NCBI GenBank assembly: GCA_041659045.1
Contig: JBAZZB010000001.1
Coordinates: 582,270-646,269, forward strand
From: Patescibacteria group bacterium
GTDB lineage: Bacteria > Patescibacteriota > Patescibacteriia > SG8-24 > DYFX01
Reading direction: 5' to 3'
DNA: 64,000 bases
The notes under the pieces are model-generated. The model was not told where the DNA came from. It did no database searches and worked only from the letters and a program-made list of their open reading frames with translations. The position numbers were made by a program, and so were the translations under genes. Each line of letters opens with the position of its first letter. Position 1 is the stretch's first letter. Shown here one piece after another: positions 56,745-64,000 of the stretch.

Positions 56745-57845
56745 TTACCACCAAAGAATCAAGCGCGCGATCTTCCAATACGCCGCGAAGATCGGGTTGG
56801 CGACGCGTGTCAGCAGCGTTGGCTGCATTTGCTGAAAGAGAATGCGTCCCGTAAAAAGACGGGTCGCCTCGCGATCTGAGACACGGCGTTCTTTTTGTGC
56901 TTTTGCGCGCGCCGCAAAAAGTTTTGCGAGATGTTCGGCCGTAAAGAAATAACCGTAGGCGCGCGCTTTTTCCTTCCACCAACCGCTCTTGAAAGCAAAA
57001 AGCCAAAGACCGAGTTCCATCGCCAGGAAGGCTGGCGCAATCAAGACAAGCGTCGGCCAACGGTAGAGACGCGCCAGCACGATCAGACGATTGCGCTCCA
57101 TCCAATAATATTTTTTGATACTCCGCGAAAACTCGTACTTGTGAAAAACAACCGAGTCCGGCGCAAACACGACACGACGGGCTGCGAGGCGCGCGCGCCA
57201 TGAATATTCCAAATCTTCATGATACGCAAAAAGTTCTTCGTCGAGATATCCGACGTCGCGAAGCATCGAGGCGCGAATCAACATGCCTGCGCCGCTGGCA
57301 TAGGCGATATCACGCCGCGCGAGTTTCGCTTGCACAGAAGCGTCCGTGACTGGCATCGACTCCCCTCCCGCGTAACCAAAGCCGAGAAAATGAATCTCGT
57401 TGCCGTAGGAATTGACCTGTTCGACGTGCGGATGCAACCGCAAGAAACTTTGCACGATTCCAATCGCTTTGTCTGATTCCATGACGCGGATCGCGTCGTC
57501 CAAAAAGCCCGGTTGCGCTTCGGTGTCGGGGTTCAGCAAATACGCGTACTCATATCCTTCCGCGAGCGCTTTGCGCATCGCTTGATTGTTACCGCCGGAG
57601 AATCCGAGGTTGTCAGCGTTCTTGAAAAAGACACATGGGAAACCTCCTTTGGTCGTCTTTTGGTCAGGCGACAAAAGTTCTCGCGCGATAAAATCACCGC
57701 TTCCGTCCGGCGAATTATTATCGACGATCATCAGGGTCGCGGAACCGGGGGTGATTCCGGCTTCTTCGACCGCGCGGAAACAGTCGGCCAAAAAACGACC
57801 GTGGTTCCAGGAGACGACGATGATGGCGGTCCTAGCGGTGCTCAT
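56745..57845 (-). CDS. GT2-family glycosyltransferase
   Basis: IIVVSWNHGRFL...MIVDNNSPDGS. Confidence 0.8.
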   Translation of the reverse strand: MSTARTAIIVVSWNHGRFLADCFRAVEEAGITPGSATLMIVDNNSPDGSGDFIARELLSPDQKTTKGGFPCVFFKNADNLGFSGGNNQAMRKALAEGYEYAYLLNPDTEAQPGFLDDAIRVMESDKAIGIVQSFLRLHPHVEQVNSYGNEIHFLGFGYAGGESMPVTDASVQAKLARRDIAYASGAGMLIRASMLRDVGYLDEELFAYHEDLEYSWRARLAARRVVFAPDSVVFHKYEFSRSIKKYYWMERNRLIVLARLYRWPTLVLIAPAFLAMELGLWLFAFKSGWWKEKARAYGYFFTAEHLAKLFAARAKAQKERRVSDREATRLFTGRILFQQMQPTLLTRVANPIFAAYWKIARLILWW

Positions 57846-58173
57846 GTGTTTCGAGTCCCTTGAGTGCGAGCTCTCTCGTCAGGCGCGTGATTTGGCGTTC
57901 ATGGTCTTCCAAGCGCGCGAGCAGGCGAAACAAGAGGTAAAACACGGCAGCGAGCGCGAGGTAGACGACGACGTCCGCACCACGGCCGACGCCAAGACGG
58001 CGCGCCACGATCGTTGCGGCATCCGGCCGCGAGGCTACCGCTGCCACGCCGAGCCACAGAAGCGACCACAGTGCGAGCTGACGGAACGAAAGACCTCCGC
58101 GACGGTAGCGCGAAACAGCAGCCGCAAAACCGAAGACGGCGAAGAGAATGAGAACGATTTGAATCACGGTCAT
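57832..58173 (-). CDS. DUF2304-like small membrane protein
   Basis: MTVIQIVLILFAVFGFAAAVSRYRRG...; 3 TM helices. Confidence 0.5.
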   Translation of the reverse strand: MTVIQIVLILFAVFGFAAAVSRYRRGGLSFRQLALWSLLWLGVAAVASRPDAATIVARRLGVGRGADVVVYLALAAVFYLLFRLLARLEDHERQITRLTRELALKGLETHEHR

Positions 58174-58175
58174 AC

Positions 58176-58850
58176 TCAATCGAGAAGGCGGCGCCAAATA
58201 AGTTTAAGCGCTGTTTCGATACCAACGGCGAAGCTCTGGCCTTTTGAAAGCGAGTACGCGGTGTACACGGCCTCAATCGGAATTTCGACCAAGCGTAATT
58301 TCTTGTCGACGATTTCCTTGATGAACTCCGAGGAAACTTCCATGCGCGAAGAGCGGATCTCAAGGCGCTCAGCTGCGTGTCGCGTCATGCCGCGCAGGCC
58401 GCTTTGGCTGTCCGTCACCCATTTGCGATACAGGAAAAACGTCAGCGCGTTTCCCAGGCGCTGCGCGTAGCGGCGCGCGAGCGGCATATTCCCCTTTTGC
58501 TCGAGCATGCGAGAACCGATCACGAAGTCGATATCACCTTCTGCCAGACGATCGAAGATGCGCTTCGCGTCGCTTGCGCGATGCTGCCCATCAGCATCCA
58601 TTGTAACGATCAGCTCGGCACCGAGACGCAAAGCACCTTCGATACCCGTACCAAGTGCGCCGCCAAGACCTCGGTTGATTGCGTGACGCACAACAACTGC
58701 GCCGGCTGCGGCGGCGATCTCCGCGGTACGATCAGTCGAACCGTCATCCACGACCAAAACACGATCCGCCACGTCGAGCGCCGCGCGCACGACATCAGCA
58801 ATCGCCTGCTCCTCGCAGTAGGCAGGAATGACGATGACCCGTTTTTGCAT
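58176..58850 (-). CDS. GT2 glycosyltransferase, polyprenyl-phosphate sugar synthase (Dpm1/GtrB-like)
   Basis: MQKRVIVIPAYCEE...VVDDGSTDRT...TMDADGQH. Confidence 0.8.
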   Translation of the reverse strand: MQKRVIVIPAYCEEQAIADVVRAALDVADRVLVVDDGSTDRTAEIAAAAGAVVVRHAINRGLGGALGTGIEGALRLGAELIVTMDADGQHRASDAKRIFDRLAEGDIDFVIGSRMLEQKGNMPLARRYAQRLGNALTFFLYRKWVTDSQSGLRGMTRHAAERLEIRSSRMEVSSEFIKEIVDKKLRLVEIPIEAVYTAYSLSKGQSFAVGIETALKLIWRRLLD

Positions 58851-58851
58851 G

Positions 58852-59856
58852 CTACAAATTCTTGGCCAACCCCTTGGTGACCAGTGTGTATTCAATTGTG
58901 CGCTTCAAGCCGTCGTCCAGACGAACGAGCGGGATCCAGCCGAGCTCGTCGACGGCGCGGCGCGTGTCCGGCAAGCCGAGCGGCGTCATAAACAAGAGCG
59001 GCGCTTCATACTTCACCTGGGAGCTTGAACCTGTCATGGCGATGACCTTGCGCGCGACGTCCGCGAGCTTCAAGTCTTCGTCGCCGCCGAAATTGACCGG
59101 GCCTGGGTTCTTGGAAATCTGCATGAGACGAATCAAGCCATCGACCAAGTCGGTCACGAACAAAAGCGCCGTACTGAAATCTTCTTCGCCGTACATGATG
59201 AGGTCGCGGCCTTCGAGCGCGTCGAGGACGAAGTCCGGCATCATTTCGCCGTCATTCAAACGCTGGCGCGGTCCGTAGGTACGGAAAATGCGTGCGACAC
59301 GCACGTCGAGTCCGAAGACGGACGCGTAAGTAAAGCAAGCTGTTTCCGCGAAACGCTTGCCTTCGTCGTAGCAGGCGCGCGGCGAGATGTGATTCGTCAC
59401 ACCAAGATCGGTTTCTTTGAATTTCGAGCCATCGAGGTGACGCGGACCGTAGACGACCGCCGTCGAGGCGTGCAGCAAGCGAGCTTTGTACTTCACCGCC
59501 ATGTCGAGCACGTTGCGCATGCCGACAGAGTTCGCCAAGTAGGTTTGAATGCGAAGGTTGTCGAACTTCTTGGCCGACGTCGGGCAGGCCAGGTGATATA
59601 CCTCTTGCACGCCGTGGACGTTCAACTTGAAGCGTGCGAGTTCGGGATACGACTCGAGATCAAACGGTTCGCTAATGTCGAGCTTGATGAATTCAAAATC
59701 CGAGTTTTTGAGCATCGATTCGATGTTCGCGACGTCGGAGGTGATGAAGTTGTCGATGCAAATCACCCGCTGGCCATCCGCCAGGAGCCGCTCGCACAGA
59801 TGAGAACCGATGAAACCGGCTCCGCCCGTCACGACGGCGGTACGCTTTTCTGCCAT
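58852..59856 (-). CDS. NAD-dependent epimerase/dehydratase, UDP-glucuronate decarboxylase (UXS)-like
   Basis: VVTGGAGFIGSHLCERLL...; YxxxK SDR-extended family. Confidence 0.75.
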   Translation of the reverse strand: MAEKRTAVVTGGAGFIGSHLCERLLADGQRVICIDNFITSDVANIESMLKNSDFEFIKLDISEPFDLESYPELARFKLNVHGVQEVYHLACPTSAKKFDNLRIQTYLANSVGMRNVLDMAVKYKARLLHASTAVVYGPRHLDGSKFKETDLGVTNHISPRACYDEGKRFAETACFTYASVFGLDVRVARIFRTYGPRQRLNDGEMMPDFVLDALEGRDLIMYGEEDFSTALLFVTDLVDGLIRLMQISKNPGPVNFGGDEDLKLADVARKVIAMTGSSSQVKYEAPLLFMTPLGLPDTRRAVDELGWIPLVRLDDGLKRTIEYTLVTKGLAKNL

Positions 59857-59904
59857 AAAGGAAAAACAGGAGATGCTTAGTCTGGCCCCAGTATACGTGG
59901 GGTT

Positions 59905-61569
59905 TTAGGGTTTGAAAAGCGGGCTGGACTGGAGATTCCGATCGATTTCAATACTGGGCGCCGACGTCCGTTCAGTGAGCGCCGTGTAGTCTTCTGCCTT
60001 CACAACGACAGCTCCGACCCGGTATCCCGCGAAAAACGCCTCGGGGAGGTCGTCAACAAGCGATCGCCACTGCGAACCGAAGACTTCCTTCGCCACTTCT
60101 TCGGATGCCAAGTGCCGCAACACGCCATTTTTACTCACGGCATACACCTCGGAGCGAGTTTGTAGCTTGAGCAAACGTGTGCCTGGTCGGTAGGTGACGG
60201 TTCCACCGATCGGCAAGCTCGCGAGTTGTGCCACCGTGATGGTTTTCACCTTGGCGAAATCTTGGAACCAGGTCGCGTAGGTTTTTGCGTTTGGGAAAAC
60301 GTAACGCTTGCCGTCCTGCGCTTTGTAATAGACAGCTGACGACGCGGGCGACTTTACCAATTCGCCGCCAAACGGCAGCGGTGCCGGAATTCCTTGAGGA
60401 GACGTTGGCGTAGTTGGCACGGCAAGCATGGCCGCCACGGCCGCCTCGACGGATGCGAAGGCGTTGATGCGTCCGGTACCAAGCTGTCCGGCAAATCCAC
60501 CGTTGATCGAGTCAACGTTTTTTGCATAGGCGGTAATCAACGTGCGCACTTCAGTCGGCGTCAGCGCGGGATTGATTGAAAGCAACAAGGCCGCCAAGCC
60601 AGAAACGAGCGGCGCTGCGAGCGAGGAACCAGACCAGCCGTTTCCGTAGGGCTTGGCATATGGCGTCTGTCCAGCGCGGTACACCTGCGTCGTCGTGATG
60701 TTTTCACCGGGAGCCGAAACCGTGATGCAATCAGAACCGTAACTCGAGAAGCTCGAATGACGGTCCCGCATATCAAGCGAAGAGACACCAATTAAAATCG
60801 GCTCCCCTCCTGCGCCGCGATAGCATACCGGGTATTCAGGATAGACGTTGAGATTGCCTCCGCGTTCGGTATCGCCTTCGTTACCAGCCGCGACCACAAC
60901 GACGATGCCAGCGCGATAAGCCGCTCGCAGCGCTTCAGCCAAAAAATCACTGTAGCCCGCGCCGCTGAAACTCAGGTTGATGACTTTTACTTTTTGCGCG
61001 ATCGCGTATCTGATCGCCGCTTCCACGTTGGCCGTGCGACCGGAACCCGCACTGTCGAGTACGCGCAGCGGCATCATCTCGATATTCCAGTTCACGCCCG
61101 CAACACCTTCGCTGTTGTTGCCAGCCGCGCCAATAAGTCCAGCAACCAACGTGCCGTGATTGATGCCTTCTGTCAGTCCAGGGTCGGACAAGTCAGGATT
61201 CGGATCGTTGTCATCACTCACAAAATCCCAACCACGCACGTCGTCGACATACCCGTTTCTATCGTTGTCGATGCGGTCGTTCGGAATTTCTCCTTTGTTC
61301 GTCCAGAGACGATCTTTCAGATCGGGATGCGTGAGGTCGACTCCGGTATCCAAAACAGCAACGCGCACCGTCGGTGAGCCTTTGGCAAAATTCCACGCCT
61401 CCGGCAAACCGATGGTTTTTACGTACCACTGCGTTCCATAGAATGGATCATTCGGCTCCGCTGCCGCCACCGGCGCCGCTGCAGACATAAAGAAAACGGC
61501 CGCAACAAGGGTTGCGTTCACTATTTTTTGCCAAGATTGGCGAAAATTCATGAAGAAGTGCCGTTTCAT
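59905..61569 (-). CDS. Secreted subtilisin-like serine peptidase (S8)
   Basis: Signal peptide, then the D/H/S triad motifs VLDTGVD, HGTLVAGLIGA and GSSLAAPLVSGLAALL, plus a C-terminal domain. Confidence 0.85.
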   Translation of the reverse strand: MKRHFFMNFRQSWQKIVNATLVAAVFFMSAAAPVAAAEPNDPFYGTQWYVKTIGLPEAWNFAKGSPTVRVAVLDTGVDLTHPDLKDRLWTNKGEIPNDRIDNDRNGYVDDVRGWDFVSDDNDPNPDLSDPGLTEGINHGTLVAGLIGAAGNNSEGVAGVNWNIEMMPLRVLDSAGSGRTANVEAAIRYAIAQKVKVINLSFSGAGYSDFLAEALRAAYRAGIVVVVAAGNEGDTERGGNLNVYPEYPVCYRGAGGEPILIGVSSLDMRDRHSSFSSYGSDCITVSAPGENITTTQVYRAGQTPYAKPYGNGWSGSSLAAPLVSGLAALLLSINPALTPTEVRTLITAYAKNVDSINGGFAGQLGTGRINAFASVEAAVAAMLAVPTTPTSPQGIPAPLPFGGELVKSPASSAVYYKAQDGKRYVFPNAKTYATWFQDFAKVKTITVAQLASLPIGGTVTYRPGTRLLKLQTRSEVYAVSKNGVLRHLASEEVAKEVFGSQWRSLVDDLPEAFFAGYRVGAVVVKAEDYTALTERTSAPSIEIDRNLQSSPLFKP

Positions 61570-61609
61570 GGTGAACATAGTGTAGCTGAAGGAGGGATGA
61601 AAGCAAATG

Positions 61610-61702
61610 AGACCCCTCCGCCCTGCGGGCACCTCCCCTTTCAGGGGAGGGATTCAGGTTCCCCCTCTCTGAAAGAGAGGGGGCTAGGGGGTGAGTCTTC
61701 AA
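61610..61702. repeat. 93-bp hairpin-rich repeat, copy 1 (overlaps the DUF559 3' end)
   Basis: Identical to 62089..62181 except that the central hairpin loop is GAA instead of TTC. Contains three stem-loops (gccc-tgc-gggc, cctcccc-tttca-ggggagg, ccccctctct-loop-agagaggggg). Confidence 0.85.
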
Positions 61703-62054
61703 CAACAGATCGAATTTCCTCCAGCACGGCATCAATATCTTTGAGTACGTCATCATTCCAGAAACGTAACACGCGTACATGATGAAGATTGAGAAAGCGC
61801 GTTCGTTCCAAATCATAGGCATACTGTCCAAGCTCTGCATGCTGACTACCATCTGCTTCAATCGCCAACCGAAGCGCATGACAATAAAAATCCAAAATAT
61901 ATGGACCGATGCCATACTGCCGACAAAACTTCAGGCTACAAAATCGACGCCCTCTCAAAAAATACCAAAGTTTCGCTTCGGCATCGGTCTGATACTGCCG
62001 CAATTCGCGCCTGCGACCTTGAAAGATTTTTTTGTTATGTCCGAAAGAAATCAT
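61641..62054 (-). CDS. DUF559 / Vsr-like endonuclease-fold protein
   Basis: LWYFLRGRRFCSLKFCRQYGIGPYILDFYC...RVLRFWNDDVL matches the DUF559 consensus. The C-terminal tail ...SPPSPLSFREGEPESLP is encoded by the repeat. Confidence 0.75.
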   Translation of the reverse strand: MISFGHNKKIFQGRRRELRQYQTDAEAKLWYFLRGRRFCSLKFCRQYGIGPYILDFYCHALRLAIEADGSQHAELGQYAYDLERTRFLNLHHVRVLRFWNDDVLKDIDAVLEEIRSVVEDSPPSPLSFREGEPESLP

Positions 62055-62088
62055 GCCGGAAGAGAAACAGATCGATTCGGAGCTACGC

Positions 62089-62181
62089 AAGACCCCTCCG
62101 CCCTGCGGGCACCTCCCCTTTCAGGGGAGGGATTCAGGTTCCCCCTCTCTTTCAGAGAGGGGGCTAGGGGGTGAGTCTTCA
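62089..62181. repeat. 93-bp hairpin-rich repeat, copy 2 (overlaps the 5' end of ORF 61641..62090, upstream of the DUF559 start at 62054)
   Basis: Direct repeat of 61610..61702. Confidence 0.85.
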
Positions 62182-62183
62182 AT

Positions 62184-62213
62184 CAAAAACCCCTCCTTGC
62201 GGAGGGGTTTTTG
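62184..62213. terminator. Bidirectional terminator after the large surface-protein gene
   Basis: A5-cccctcc-ttgc-ggagggg-T5. Confidence 0.7.
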
Positions 62214-62254
62214 TGTCGTAGAACTCCTTACGGAGCCCTGACAAGACCTGGCTC

Positions 62255-64000
62255 TTACGAGCGGGTCAACGTCTGGGCGTTCGTCGGGAGGATCTTGACA
62301 TGGCGGCCGTTCGTCCAGTCGTTCGAAGCGGAGACAGCACTGTTGTCACCGTTGCCGGTGTCAGTCGAGTCGTTGTGCGGAATCACGCTGTTGTCGGACC
62401 AGATGAAGCGGTAGGCGCCGTCGGCGGCAGTGCCGTCGTGGTCATCGATACCGTGCGGCACGTCGCCGGAGACGGCGTTCGAGCTGTCGATTTCACCAGT
62501 GACCTGTGCGGTGTCGCCAAGCAGCTTGGTGCTGATGGATTCACCGGACGCGTCAGCACCGGCAACCGTAGCCCAGAGCTGGTACGACTTGGACGCACCG
62601 GCAGCGATCGTCTGTTCGGTCGAGAACGTGATCACGTAGCTGCAAGTTGCAGAGCCCGTGCAGTTCAAGACAGCATCCGTCGTGGAAGCCGAGATGTCCG
62701 TACCGATACCAACCTCGCGAATCGTCGGCGACGTGATGGACAGAGCCGTGCCGCTGACGTTGTTAAGGTTGTGCTCGAAGCCGATCGCCTTCACCGAGAC
62801 CTGCTGAGCAGCGTCCGCGGCGATGGTGAAGCCCTTCAGGACCATCGAACCGTTCGACAAGGTCGAAGTCGGAACGCTGGTGTCGGAGACCGTCGGCTTC
62901 GTCTTGCGGAGGCGCTTTTCGCGACCGTCGAGGTTGCCGGAGTTACCGACCGTGTCAAGCGTGCTGGAGCCAGCGGACGTTCCGCGGACTTCGTAGGTAC
63001 CGTCCGGATCATTGACCGTGCTGCCCGTGGGGCGGCAGTACTCAATGTTGCTGCCGGAGCAGAGCGTGACCTGGACGTTGAGACCGGAGGCCACACCCGA
63101 CGGGCTGACCTGGTTCAAAGCGCCCTTGACCGTGAGGGTCTTGGAGCTGTCCTTCGGAACAACGAAGGAGAAGGCCGAGAAGTCGGCAAAACCTTCCGAG
63201 CTCGGAGAGACAGGGCCGGCGACGAGGGCCGAACCGTCGTAGAGGGAGAGGCTGTTGACTGCGGCCACAGTGGCAGAAGTCGTACCAGAGTCCGTCACGC
63301 GGAAGCGAACCTTCGCGAGCTTGAGGTCTTCGGTCTGAGCCGTGAAGCGGTACTTGGCGAGGACGGCAGTGGTGCCGCCGAGGACCAAACCAGCTTCAGA
63401 TTCAACGTCATCCGGAGCGAGCGCGTAGGTCATGGTGCCGCTCGTCGAGATGATCATGTCAGCCGAGTTCGCGGAACCCGACTTCGAGACCGTGTTGCCG
63501 TCGATGTCCTGAGCCGTCACGTCCGAGTTGGCGACCGTGAAGTCGATGGTGTCGTTCAGGTTCGAGATCGAACCAGCGAGCGTACCTTCGAGGCTAAGGG
63601 TGACAGTCTGACCGGCCGGGACCGTCAAGTTCATGTTCGAGAACTGGAGGAGACCTCCGTCGGCCGAGGCGCAGGACGCCGTGGACGAAGTCGGGCTCTT
63701 GATGTCACCCACCTGGGTGGTTCCGTTCATGAGCTTGGCGGAGAGAAGGATGTCGGTCGAAAGCTTGTCCGTCGAACCGGTGTCAATACCGTTTTCACAG
63801 CCGTTGGCAAAGGTTGCGTCGTTGTTCGAGTCGACACGCATCTGGACAGTCATCGCAGTGACCTTCACGTCAGAGCCCTGGCCAGCCTTGAGGCTGATAC
63901 CGGCGAGCGAGACGCCCTGGGAACCCTGGATGAAGGTCTGCGCAACCGGCGTCGAAGCGGCCGAAACCGTGAGCGACGCGGAGCGGACCGTCATGGCGTT
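62255..64000 (-). CDS. Very large Ser/Thr/Gly-rich Ig-like repeat surface protein, 3' part only (continues past the window end)
   Basis: An open frame to the window edge with repeated ~90-aa Ig-like blocks (…VSPSGVASGLNVQVT… / …TVKGALNQVS…) and low-complexity T/S/G/D composition. Confidence 0.7.
   Translation of the reverse strand, partial: NAMTVRSASLTVSAASTPVAQTFIQGSQGVSLAGISLKAGQGSDVKVTAMTVQMRVDSNNDATFANGCENGIDTGSTDKLSTDILLSAKLMNGTTQVGDIKSPTSSTASCASADGGLLQFSNMNLTVPAGQTVTLSLEGTLAGSISNLNDTIDFTVANSDVTAQDIDGNTVSKSGSANSADMIISTSGTMTYALAPDDVESEAGLVLGGTTAVLAKYRFTAQTEDLKLAKVRFRVTDSGTTSATVAAVNSLSLYDGSALVAGPVSPSSEGFADFSAFSFVVPKDSSKTLTVKGALNQVSPSGVASGLNVQVTLCSGSNIEYCRPTGSTVNDPDGTYEVRGTSAGSSTLDTVGNSGNLDGREKRLRKTKPTVSDTSVPTSTLSNGSMVLKGFTIAADAAQQVSVKAIGFEHNLNNVSGTALSITSPTIREVGIGTDISASTTDAVLNCTGSATCSYVITFSTEQTIAAGASKSYQLWATVAGADASGESISTKLLGDTAQVTGEIDSSNAVSGDVPHGIDDHDGTAADGAYRFIWSDNSVIPHNDSTDTGNGDNSAVSASNDWTNGRHVKILPTNAQTLTRS

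Noticed and set aside
55681-57201. 506-aa ORF for the GT4 gene
   Set aside because: The first 153 residues overlap the upstream GT2 gene in another frame and are low-complexity. The true start is MKVAVVVSTFPP at 56742.
61610-62181. Possible CRISPR array because of the identical 93-bp repeats
   Set aside because: There are only two copies, separated by a protein-coding gene rather than short spacers, and the repeats are far longer than CRISPR repeats.
1-64000. Alternative genetic code (UGA recoding), as in some candidate-phyla lineages
   Set aside because: TGA is used as a genuine stop in many well-supported ATGA stop/start overlaps (pilM/pilN, pilN/pilO, murA/ctpA, rfbB, xseA) and conserved proteins show no in-frame TGA.

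Overview
This is a 64-kb, gene-dense, high-GC bacterial chromosomal segment that uses the standard genetic code. TGA is used as a stop at many 4-bp ATGA stop/start overlaps. Most genes sit in long same-strand strings with overlapping stops and starts. Recognisable content:
- A partial GT2-like gene, a tsaB-like gene and a wHTH gene.
- rplJ-rplL with their own promoter and a structured leader, detached from rplKA and rpoBC.
- A minus-strand string xseA-xseB-holin-like-membrane-small basic ORF-pyrH-ATPase.
- An SDR, a nadE-like gene, and secreted Kelch/TPR/GerMN proteins.
- A uridine-kinase-CYTH fusion, a TM0106-type nuclease, and a cyclophilin.
- A dcw fragment, mraY-ftsW-murG.
- A type IV pilus module, pilB-pilC-pilM-pilN-pilO.
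- iscS-nifU, an AT-rich island with two TrmB-family regulators, rpmA, pyrG, a nudix gene, ctpA and murA.
- A roughly 17-kb surface-glycan locus (long-form RmlA, RfbB, RmlD-like, FdtA-like cupin, GT-C/PMT-like, two GT4, two GT2, CDP-alcohol phosphatidyltransferase, UXS-like). It ends at a subtilisin-like protease, a DUF559 gene bracketed by two 93-bp hairpin repeats, and a giant Ig-like surface protein that runs off the window.
No rRNA, tRNA or CRISPR was found. The gene set (archaeal-type pyrH, long-form RmlA, pilus genes without a secretin, DUF559, tiny overlapping genes) is reminiscent of a streamlined Patescibacteria/CPR-like genome, but that is inference only.
The most unusual signals are:
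- A compositionally foreign, almost 100% GC3 gene wedged beside the rplJL promoter.
- A metallothionein-like small ORF missed by the ORF track.
- An AT-rich TrmB island with a consensus promoter firing antisense and a 24-bp palindromic operator.
- The repeat-flanked DUF559 cassette.
- A candidate protein O-glycosylation or S-layer glycan system.
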